Below are positions 56,841 to 64,000 of a stretch of DNA of 64,000 bases, one piece after another. Position 1 is the first letter of the stretch, and every line of letters starts with the position of its first letter. A program made the position numbers and the translations under genes. This stretch comes from Deltaproteobacteria bacterium (GTDB lineage: Bacteria; Desulfobacterota; Binatia; Binatales; Binataceae): assembly GCA_021780225.1 (NCBI GenBank), contig JAJXZF010000017.1:13152-77151 (forward strand), written 5' to 3'. The notes beneath the pieces are model-generated. The model did not search any database. It worked only from the letters and a program-made list of their open reading frames with translations, and was not told the DNA's origin.

Positions 56841-57806
56841 CTATTTGATGGCGGCCGGATTGACCGGCGAACCCGCGCCGCGCACCACCTTGAGCGGCGC
56901 GCCGACGAACATGAAGGTCCACTGGCCGTCCTTTTCGCAATCGTTGGCAAGGTCTTCGAGCCAGTCGATTTCGTTGAAAATCACACCCTGATTGCGCAGC
57001 AGCGCGGCATGCAGCGGAATCATCACGCCGGCCGCCTCGTTCTGCGTCTGCTCGCTCCCGATGGTGTCGGAGCCGATCGACGGAATTTCCATCCGGTGGA
57101 TCCAGTTGACCATCTCGGGACTGTAGGCGAGACCGGGTTCCTTGAATTCGCGGTTGGGGAAAATGCCCTCGAAGCCCTGATCGTAAAACCGTTTCAGCCA
57201 TCCGGTGCGGATCAGCAAAATGTCATGCTTCTCGATCTCGCAGTTCTGGCGTTTGGCGGCGGCTTCGAGGTCCGCGACGGTGATCGGTTCGTTGGCGTCG
57301 AGCGAAGGCTTGCCCTTAAGCCGCGCGATATCGAGCAGGATGCCGCGGCCGACGACGCCGTGATTCGCGATCGGCTCGATCGAGCATTTGCGCAGGCCGC
57401 CGGTCGTGGTTTTGGCGTCGTAGCCGTTGTAGAGCTTGTTGTCGTACCAGACATGTCCAAGGGCGTCGTACTGCGTGGTGCCCTGCAGGTACATCACGAT
57501 CACGTCGTCGGCGTATTCCATCCCGCCCGGAAACGGATTGGCCAGGCCGTTTTCGTAAAATCCCTTGTCCATCGCCATCGTGCGAATCGGCTGCGAGCGC
57601 CCGGGATAGAGCGGGTCGCCCTCGGGCCGCGCGACCGGAACGCCCAGCATGAAAACCTTGCCGCTTTTGATCGCGCGGGCGCCGCGCAGAACCTCGGCGC
57701 TGGTGAGATAATTGAGCGCGCCGATTTCGTCGTCGGCGCCCCATTTCCCCCAGTTTTTAGGAGCGTCCTTCAGCAATTCTGCAAAGCTGACTGGTTTGTT
57801 GGCCAT
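56841..57806 (-). CDS. cyclase-family protein (kynurenine formamidase-like)
   Basis: Start at the internal ATG (MANKPVSF...) with GGAGGG upstream. Motifs YDALGHVWYD, GRGILLD and IGSDTIGSE are characteristic of the putative-cyclase fold. Confidence 0.8.
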   Translation of the reverse strand: MANKPVSFAELLKDAPKNWGKWGADDEIGALNYLTSAEVLRGARAIKSGKVFMLGVPVARPEGDPLYPGRSQPIRTMAMDKGFYENGLANPFPGGMEYADDVIVMYLQGTTQYDALGHVWYDNKLYNGYDAKTTTGGLRKCSIEPIANHGVVGRGILLDIARLKGKPSLDANEPITVADLEAAAKRQNCEIEKHDILLIRTGWLKRFYDQGFEGIFPNREFKEPGLAYSPEMVNWIHRMEIPSIGSDTIGSEQTQNEAAGVMIPLHAALLRNQGVIFNEIDWLEDLANDCEKDGQWTFMFVGAPLKVVRGAGSPVNPAAIK

Positions 57807-58008
57807 GATCATTACCCTCCGGCCGTGCGGCGTCCGACCGATCAAGCGGCAGGCGCCGGCGGATTTTTGCCACGGCGGCGCCGAAAGCCTACTACGAACC
57901 GGGCCGCACGGTGAAATCCGGCGCGCTTGCGCTGAAGCAGCCGATTACTTAAGGATCGCATTCGCCGGTCCGGGGAACGGCCAATCTCGACATTGGGGAG
58001 CGCATCAG

Positions 58009-58947
58009 ATGGAACTCGATCCGCAGATGAAAGCGATACTGGACACGCTCGCCGCGGCGGGCGGCAAGCCGTTCAACGCGATGACGCCGGCGGAGGCGCG
58101 CGAGGGCATCAAACTCCTGGTTCAGGTTTTCGGCGGCCAGCCCGAACAAATGGCGAAGGTCGAAGATCGGCGCGCGTCCGGTCCAGCCGGCGAAATCCCG
58201 GTGCGTATCTATACGCCAGCGGGCGCCGCGCCGATGGGCGGTTTGGTCTATTTTCACGGCGGCGGATGGGTGATCGGCGATATCGAATCGCACGACGAAG
58301 TCTGCCGCGCGCTGGCCAAGGGCGCCGGATGCGTGGTCGTGTCGGTGGACTATCGGCTTGCGCCTGAACACAAATTTCCCGCGGCCCCGGAAGACTGCTT
58401 CGCGGCGGCCAAGTGGGTGGCGCAAAATGCGGCGGCGCTCGGAATCGACGCGAACCGGATCGCGGTCGGCGGCGACAGCGCGGGCGGCAATCTTGCCGCG
58501 GTGGTTGCGCAGATGGCGCGCGATCGCGGCGGCCCGAAGATCGCGTTTCAGCTTTTGATCTATCCGGCGACCGACTGGTCGAAGGAATCCGCCTCGCAAC
58601 GCGAATTCACGCAGGACGGCTATATCCTGTCGCGCGGCGACATGGTCTGGTTCTACGACCATTACATGAACAGCCCGGCGGAAAAGACCAATTCCTATTT
58701 CAGTCCGGCGTGCGCGAAGAGCCTGGCCGGCCTGCCGCCCGCGTTCGTGATGACGGCGGCGATCGATCCCTTGCGCGACGAGGGCGAAGCCTACGGCGAG
58801 GCGCTGCGCAAGGCCGGCGTGCCGGCGATAGTGAAACGTTATCCCGGCGTATGTCACGGCTTCGTGATGATGAGCGGGAAGCTGGACGCAGGCAAACGCG
58901 CGCTCGCGGACGGCTGCGCCGAGCTGAAGAAGGCGTTCGGACGCTAG
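58009..58947 (+). CDS. alpha/beta hydrolase, HSL-family esterase/lipase
   Basis: ATG at 58009 (MELDPQMKAILDTL) with GGGGAG 9 nt upstream. Oxyanion HGGGW, nucleophile GDSAGG, and a C-terminal His (CHGF). Confidence 0.85.
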   Translation: MELDPQMKAILDTLAAAGGKPFNAMTPAEAREGIKLLVQVFGGQPEQMAKVEDRRASGPAGEIPVRIYTPAGAAPMGGLVYFHGGGWVIGDIESHDEVCRALAKGAGCVVVSVDYRLAPEHKFPAAPEDCFAAAKWVAQNAAALGIDANRIAVGGDSAGGNLAAVVAQMARDRGGPKIAFQLLIYPATDWSKESASQREFTQDGYILSRGDMVWFYDHYMNSPAEKTNSYFSPACAKSLAGLPPAFVMTAAIDPLRDEGEAYGEALRKAGVPAIVKRYPGVCHGFVMMSGKLDAGKRALADGCAELKKAFGR

Positions 58948-58995
58948 GCCGACGGCTGTCCGCCCCGCCCACGGCGGGCGGCTCGCACGGTCACG

Positions 58996-59652
58996 ATGGC
59001 GAATCGCGACGACAATCTTGACCTGCGCATCCTTGGCGTTGACGCGGGAGATGAAGTCGCCGTCGCGCGCCGATTATCGTTAAAGACCACGCGCGGGGCG
59101 ATTCCGATCGTGCTGCATGCGCCGGAAAGCGCGACGCGCGCCGTGGTTTGCCTGAGCGGCGCGCTCGGCGGACTGGACGGCCCTGCGCTGCTCTACGCAA
59201 AGCTGGGCGCGGAGCTGCCGCGGCGCGGAATCGCCGTCGCGCGAGTCGATTACCGCACGCCCAACGATTTTGGCGAATGTCTGCTCGACGCGCTCGCGGC
59301 CGTGGCGTTTCTGAAAGGTACGGGCTACCGGCGCGTCGTCTTGATCGGTCATTCGTTCGGCGGCGCGGTCGCGATCAATGCCGGCACGCTCAATCCGATC
59401 GTCGTCGCGGTGGTCGCCATTTCGAGCCAGCTTGCGGGCACCCAGGTGGTCAACGAACTCGCGCCCAAGCCGGTGCTGCTGATTCACGGCACGGCCGACG
59501 AGATTATCGCGCAGCGCAGTTCCGAGCTGATTTTCGAGCGCGCCGGCGAACCGCGCCAGCTCGAATTGATCGAAAGCGGCGATCATCGCCTGAGCGGCTT
59601 CGGCGATCGGCTGCTGGAGCTTGTGATCGGCTGGCTGGCGGCTCGCCTGTGA
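58996..59652 (+). CDS. alpha/beta hydrolase (dienelactone-hydrolase-like)
   Basis: 218 aa. Nucleophile elbow GHSFGG and a C-terminal His (GDHRL). Confidence 0.7.
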   Translation: MANRDDNLDLRILGVDAGDEVAVARRLSLKTTRGAIPIVLHAPESATRAVVCLSGALGGLDGPALLYAKLGAELPRRGIAVARVDYRTPNDFGECLLDALAAVAFLKGTGYRRVVLIGHSFGGAVAINAGTLNPIVVAVVAISSQLAGTQVVNELAPKPVLLIHGTADEIIAQRSSELIFERAGEPRQLELIESGDHRLSGFGDRLLELVIGWLAARL

Positions 59653-59766
59653 CGGCTCCGCCGTATTTACGCCGCCGAATCGCGCCTATAACCTGAGGGC
59701 GCGGCGGATCGCGGCCGCAATTCCGCGGGCGCCGCTACTTTATCGCACGACGCTTATCACGCAGAA

Positions 59767-60846
59767 ATGAAAATTCCAGTCGCAGTGGTTGGAGCCACGG
59801 GAATCGCCGGGCAGCAGGTGCTGGCCGCGCTCGACGGCCATCCGGATTTCGAGATCGCCGCGCTTGCCGCCTCGGAGCGGTCTTCCGGCAAAACTTTCGA
59901 CGAAGCGATCACGGATGCGCAGAGCGGCATGCGCCGATGGTACGTGGACGGAGGCGAGCCGCCGCGGGCCGCGCTCGGCCTCGAAGTGCAGGACGCGAAA
60001 TCGCTCCGGCTGGACGGAATCGGCGTGGTGTTCGCCGCGATCGAATCGGACGCCGCGCGCGAGCTGGAGCCGATTTACGCGCGCCACGCGCCGACCATCA
60101 GCACCGCGCGGCCGCATCGGATGGAGCCGGACGTGCCGCTGGTGATTCCGGGCGTCAACCTCGGCCATCTGGCGATCGTCGAAGAGCAGCGCCGCCGCCG
60201 CGGATGGAAAGGATTTATCGCGACGCTGCCGAACTGCACCGCGACGGGACTGGCCGTCACGCTCAAGGCGCTCGACGAGGCGTTCGGCGTGGATGCGGCG
60301 GTGGTCACGACGATGCAGGGAATTTCGGGCGCGGGCCGCGATTTGCCCGCGCTGGATATCGTCGAAAACATCATTCCCTATATCCCGCGCGAGGAAGAGC
60401 GGGTCGCGATCGAAACGCGCAAGATTCTGGGCCGCGCGGCCGGCGCCGCGATCGCCGAGCATCCGCTGCGCGTCAGCGCCACCTGCACGCGCGCGTCAGT
60501 GCTGGCGGGCCATACCGAATCCGTTACGGCGGCGCTGAAGCAGCCGGCGACGGTGGAGCAGGCGATCGCGGCGATGGAGAATTTCGGGCGCGAGTTCAGC
60601 GCGCTCGGACTGCCGAACGCGCCGCGCCGGATGATCACGGTGCATCGCAACCCGATGCGGCCGCAGCCGCGGCTCGATCGCGACGCCGAACGCGGCATGA
60701 CCACTTCGGTCGGCCGGATGCGCACGGACGAGGTGCTGGCGAACGGCGTCAAATATCTGCTGGTGAGCCACAACGCCGCGATGGGCGCCGGACGCGGCGC
60801 GGTGCTGCTGGCCGAATATCTGAAGCACGCGGGCTATCTGCGCTAA
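59767..60846 (+). CDS. asd: aspartate-semialdehyde dehydrogenase (archaeal/Gram-positive type)
   Basis: MKIPVAVVGATGIAGQQ; active-site region PNCTATGLAVTLKAL; ...RPQPRLDR... collinear with archaeal-type Asd. Confidence 0.88.
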   Translation: MKIPVAVVGATGIAGQQVLAALDGHPDFEIAALAASERSSGKTFDEAITDAQSGMRRWYVDGGEPPRAALGLEVQDAKSLRLDGIGVVFAAIESDAARELEPIYARHAPTISTARPHRMEPDVPLVIPGVNLGHLAIVEEQRRRRGWKGFIATLPNCTATGLAVTLKALDEAFGVDAAVVTTMQGISGAGRDLPALDIVENIIPYIPREEERVAIETRKILGRAAGAAIAEHPLRVSATCTRASVLAGHTESVTAALKQPATVEQAIAAMENFGREFSALGLPNAPRRMITVHRNPMRPQPRLDRDAERGMTTSVGRMRTDEVLANGVKYLLVSHNAAMGAGRGAVLLAEYLKHAGYLR

Positions 60847-60894
60847 GCGCGGCGGGGCCGCGCCCGACGCGCCGATCGAGTTGCGCCGCCGCGC

Positions 60895-62232
60895 TCAAAT
60901 ATCGGCGCCGCTCAGGGCGAGCGCGAGAAAATCCGCCAGATGCATGACGCGGATCTTCTCGCCGCGCCGGCGCAGTTCGGCGGCGATTTGCAGCTCGCAT
61001 CCGGGATTCCCCAGCACGACATAATCCGCGCCGGTCGCGGCAATGTTGTCGGCTTTGCGGCGGACCAGTTCGCGCGCCATCGCGGGTTCCGTCAGGTTGT
61101 AGCTGCCGGCCGATCCGCAGCATAAATCCGACTCGTTCATTTCCAGCAGCTCGACGCCGGGAATCGAGCGCAGCAGGCGGCGCGGCTCTTCGCGCACGCC
61201 CAATCCGTGCGCCAGATGGCAGGAGTCGTGATAGGTGACGGCGGCCGGGAAGCCGCGCGGAAAATTGAAATTGCGGCGGAGCAGCAGCGTGCTGAGATCG
61301 GCGACCTGCGCGGAAACGGCGCGCGCCGCTGCCGCGAATTCCGGATCTCCGGCCAGCAGATCGCCATACGCCGCCAATACGGCGGAACATCCCGAAGCGG
61401 CGGAGAGAATCGCCGCGCCGCCGTGACGCCCAAGTTCGCGAACATTGGCGCGGGCGAATTCGCGCGCGCGCTCGAAATTGCCGTGATGCAAATCGAGCGC
61501 GCCGCAGCATACGGTGCGCTCCATCCGGACCACGCGATATCCCGCGGCGGCGAGCGCGCCTTCGGTGTTGCGATTTTCCGCTTCGAGCAGCGTTCGCGCG
61601 ACGCATCCGTGATGGACCACGGCGGCCGGCGCCGAATCCGCGGCGGGAGCGGCGGCTTGAATGACCGGCTGCGCGGCGGCGCGCGGCGGAATCAGATCGA
61701 GCCAGTCCCGCATCCCGGCCGGCGCCAGCCTTCGCATCAAAGGACGCATGCCAAGCCGGTCGATCGCGCGCAGCGGCGCAAGCAGAATTTTCAGGCGCTC
61801 GGGATAGGGGAAAATCGACGCGATCAGCCAGTTGCGCAGCCGTTCCAGCGGCGGGCGCCGCACGTTGCGGTTGACGTACTCGCGCGCGCGCTCGATCAAC
61901 TTGCCGTAACGCACGCCCGAAGGGCACGCGGTTTCGCATCCGCGGCATTCCAGGCACAAATCGAGATGGCGCAGCGCATCCGCGTCGAGCGCGACCGCGC
62001 CGTCGGCCAGCGCCTTCATCAGGTAGATGCGGCCGCGCGGCGAGTCCATCTCGGCGCGGGTCACGACGTAGGTCGGGCAGGATTCGAGGCAAAGCCCGCA
62101 ATGCACGCAATCGAAGAGCAGCTCGTAATCGACGATGTCGCGCGCCGGCTGTCTGCGCGGCGCGGCGTTCGCCGCGGAAGTCGATTTGGGCGCGGTCGCC
62201 ATCGCGGAATTCAGAGTCCCCCGACGAAACAT
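60895..62232 (-). CDS. glcF: glycolate oxidase iron-sulfur subunit (GlcF; 2x[4Fe-4S] plus CCG domains)
   Basis: Ferredoxin Cys clusters CVHCGLCLESCP and CLECRGCETACP; two CCG motifs (CCGALD, CCGSAG). The start is ambiguous: 62232 overlaps glcE by 22 nt, and the alternative is 62202. Confidence 0.85.
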   Translation of the reverse strand: MFRRGTLNSAMATAPKSTSAANAAPRRQPARDIVDYELLFDCVHCGLCLESCPTYVVTRAEMDSPRGRIYLMKALADGAVALDADALRHLDLCLECRGCETACPSGVRYGKLIERAREYVNRNVRRPPLERLRNWLIASIFPYPERLKILLAPLRAIDRLGMRPLMRRLAPAGMRDWLDLIPPRAAAQPVIQAAAPAADSAPAAVVHHGCVARTLLEAENRNTEGALAAAGYRVVRMERTVCCGALDLHHGNFERAREFARANVRELGRHGGAAILSAASGCSAVLAAYGDLLAGDPEFAAAARAVSAQVADLSTLLLRRNFNFPRGFPAAVTYHDSCHLAHGLGVREEPRRLLRSIPGVELLEMNESDLCCGSAGSYNLTEPAMARELVRRKADNIAATGADYVVLGNPGCELQIAAELRRRGEKIRVMHLADFLALALSGADI

Positions 62233-63497
62233 CCGGGATTGAACACGCCGCTAGGATCGAACGCGGTTTTCATCCGGCGCATCAGGTTCATCGCGGGCGC
62301 CGCAGGCCGGTCGAAGATTTCGATACCGCCGCGCAATTCGGGAATGATGCGGCTGACGCGCACGTGGCCGCGAGCGTCACGCGCCCGCGTGCGGAGCGCA
62401 CCCACCATTCGATCGAGGCCGCCGGCCGCGCGCAGGTTGAGAAAGATTCGCGCGACTCCGGATCCGGCGAAGGCGAGCCACGCGCCCCCGACTTCGGCGA
62501 GCAACGCCGGCAATTCCGCGGGCGCCGTCGCGGCCAGCAGCTCGGCGGAACTCGCGGCGAAATCGAAATCGCGCAGCCGGTGGTGGAAGGCGTCCGCCTC
62601 GGCGCCGCCGGCGATCGCGCAATTTGCGCCGAGAATTTCGGGAATTCGCGCGCGAAGATAATCCGCTTCGACGGGCGATCCGCCGCATCCGGCGATCAGC
62701 GTAAATTCCTCAGCGAGACCAAGCGCCGCGGCGACGGGCGGACTCGCGACCTCCAGATGCGTCAGCGGAACGGCGTCATGCAGCGTTCGCGCCGCTCGGA
62801 AGGACGACGCGGCGTCGCTGAAACGCATCGTCGCGACGAGGCGGCGCGCCGCACGCGGACGGACGCGAAACGTGGTCTCCGTGATAATTCCCAACGTGCC
62901 GAACGATCCCGTCATCACTTTCATCAAATCATAGCCCGCGACGTTTTTGACCACGCGCCCGCCGCCGTGAACGAGGCGGCCGCCGTGGCCGGCGAAGCGC
63001 ACGCCGATCAGCAGGTCGCGCGCGGTTCCTTCCGAGAGGCGCGACGGACCGAAGCGGGCGCCCGCGACCATCGCGCCCATCGCCGTCAGCTCCGGGCGCG
63101 GCGGATCGATGGGCAGCCACTGTCCGTGCGCCGCCATTGCGGCGTCAAGCTCGGCGAGCGTCGCGCCGGCTTCCGCGACGATCGTCATATCGTCGGGTTC
63201 GTAGGCGACAATCCGATTCATCCGCGCGAGCGAGATGCCGATATCGGCGGGCGCGGAGCGGATTTCCGCAAGCGTTCGCCCTGCGCCGATCGGCGCCAGC
63301 GTGATGCGATCAGACTCGCATCCGCGGACGACTTCCGCGATTTCGTCGGCGCTGGACGGCGCGACCATCAATTTCGCGCATCGCAGTTCGGCGCCGCTCG
63401 GCGGGCGAAGGTTGGCCTCGCCGACGATTGGGGCGAAAGCGCGCGCGAGATTTGCGGGGTCGTGGAGAGCCGGCGGCACGGAATTCTCAGAGCACAA
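62211..63497 (-). CDS. glcE: glycolate oxidase FAD-binding subunit (GlcE)
   Basis: FAD-binding PCMH-type domain (APIGAGRTL...VKNVAGYDL). Overlaps the glcD stop by 11 nt. Confidence 0.85.
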   Translation of the reverse strand: MCSENSVPPALHDPANLARAFAPIVGEANLRPPSGAELRCAKLMVAPSSADEIAEVVRGCESDRITLAPIGAGRTLAEIRSAPADIGISLARMNRIVAYEPDDMTIVAEAGATLAELDAAMAAHGQWLPIDPPRPELTAMGAMVAGARFGPSRLSEGTARDLLIGVRFAGHGGRLVHGGGRVVKNVAGYDLMKVMTGSFGTLGIITETTFRVRPRAARRLVATMRFSDAASSFRAARTLHDAVPLTHLEVASPPVAAALGLAEEFTLIAGCGGSPVEADYLRARIPEILGANCAIAGGAEADAFHHRLRDFDFAASSAELLAATAPAELPALLAEVGGAWLAFAGSGVARIFLNLRAAGGLDRMVGALRTRARDARGHVRVSRIIPELRGGIEIFDRPAAPAMNLMRRMKTAFDPSGVFNPGCFVGGL

Positions 63498-64000
63498 CCT
63501 GGCGGCGCGGCGCGGCCACTTCCACGCACGATCCCGGCGCCGGAATAACCTTGTTGGGATTGGCGCGCTGTTCCGGATCGAAAACGCGCCTCAGCTCGCT
63601 CATCACGATCAAATCGTCGGGCGAGAAGATGAGCGGCATCTCGGCCATTTTTTCCACGCCGATGCCGTGTTCGCCGGTCAGGCTGCCGCCCATCGCGACG
63701 CACGCGCGCAGGATCTCGCGGCCGGCCTCGATCGCGCGCCGCGTTTCGTCCGCGTCGCGCTCGTCGTAGAGCACGATCGGGTGGATATTGCCATCGCCGG
63801 CGTGAAAGACGTTGCCGATTTTGAGCGAATAGCGTTCAGCGATCGCCGCGATCTCGCGCAGTATCTCGGGCAGCCGGGTGCGCGGCACCACGCCGTCCTG
63901 CGTCGCGTAATTCGGCGCCAATCGGCCGACCGCGCCGAAGGCGCGTTTGCGCGCCTTCCACAACGCCGCGCGTTCGCTTTCGTCGCGCGCGAGGCGCACC
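63487..64000 (-). CDS. glcD: glycolate oxidase subunit GlcD (FAD-linked oxidase), C-terminal part only; the gene continues past the window end
   Basis: C-terminal FAD-oxidase domain (FHAGDGNIHP...GGSLTGEHGIGVEKM). The ORF is open to position 64000. Confidence 0.85.
   Translation of the reverse strand, partial: VRLARDESERAALWKARKRAFGAVGRLAPNYATQDGVVPRTRLPEILREIAAIAERYSLKIGNVFHAGDGNIHPIVLYDERDADETRRAIEAGREILRACVAMGGSLTGEHGIGVEKMAEMPLIFSPDDLIVMSELRRVFDPEQRANPNKVIPAPGSCVEVAAPRRQVVL

Noticed and set aside
1-64000. Searched for tRNA/rRNA genes, CRISPR arrays, integrases/transposases, toxin-antitoxin or defence-system signatures
   Set aside because: None seen. There is no GGTTCGAATCC-type T-arm outside coding regions and no tandem direct repeats of 25-40 nt with spacers. 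No transposase-like or integrase-like ORFs, and no ATPase/nuclease defence gene pairs.

Overview
This 64-kb window is a high-GC (about 67-68%) bacterial chromosomal segment, probably from a Gram-negative bacterium: there are lipoprotein signals, an RND pump with an OprM-like outer membrane factor, and outer-membrane beta-barrel proteins. It is densely coding, with about 58 protein genes on both strands. I found no rRNA, tRNA, CRISPR array, transposase or integrase.

The content is mostly housekeeping and accessory metabolism:
- Transport: a three-gene RND efflux operon and two MFS transporters.
- Amino-acid biosynthesis: a threonine biosynthesis cluster (aminotransferase-hom-thrC) that continues into an archaeal-type cofactor-independent phosphoglycerate mutase homolog and glpX; plus asd and aroA elsewhere.
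- Central metabolism: glycolate oxidase glcDEF (glcD runs off the window end), gamma-glutamyltransferase, acyl-CoA dehydrogenase, fatty acid desaturase, UbiB/ABC1 kinase, signal peptide peptidase SppA.
- RNA metabolism: a DEAD-box helicase next to an RRM RNA-binding protein.
- Several luciferase-like (LLM) flavin oxidoreductases, including a tandem paralog pair inside a methyltransferase / CoA-transferase / hydrolase / UbiA-prenyltransferase cluster.
- A small lactone/ester catabolic module (muconolactone-isomerase-like, cyclase, two esterases).

Four things look most worth follow-up. First, a Fur-box-like operator sits in front of a three-gene cupredoxin-like / haem-binding-domain / small outer-membrane-protein module, which I read as a candidate iron-regulated periplasmic system. 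Second, the phosphoglycerate-mutase-like gene sits in the thr operon with no thrB visible, so it may be a non-orthologous homoserine kinase. Third, a modular family of intergenic palindromic repeats occurs at three loci. Fourth, a 670-bp low-GC, hairpin-rich leader lies upstream of a low-GC outer-membrane protein gene.

All calls come from reading the translated ORFs and the DNA by eye. No database search was run, so family assignments rest on recognised motifs and start codons are approximate. Long antisense ORFs typical of high-GC DNA were ignored.
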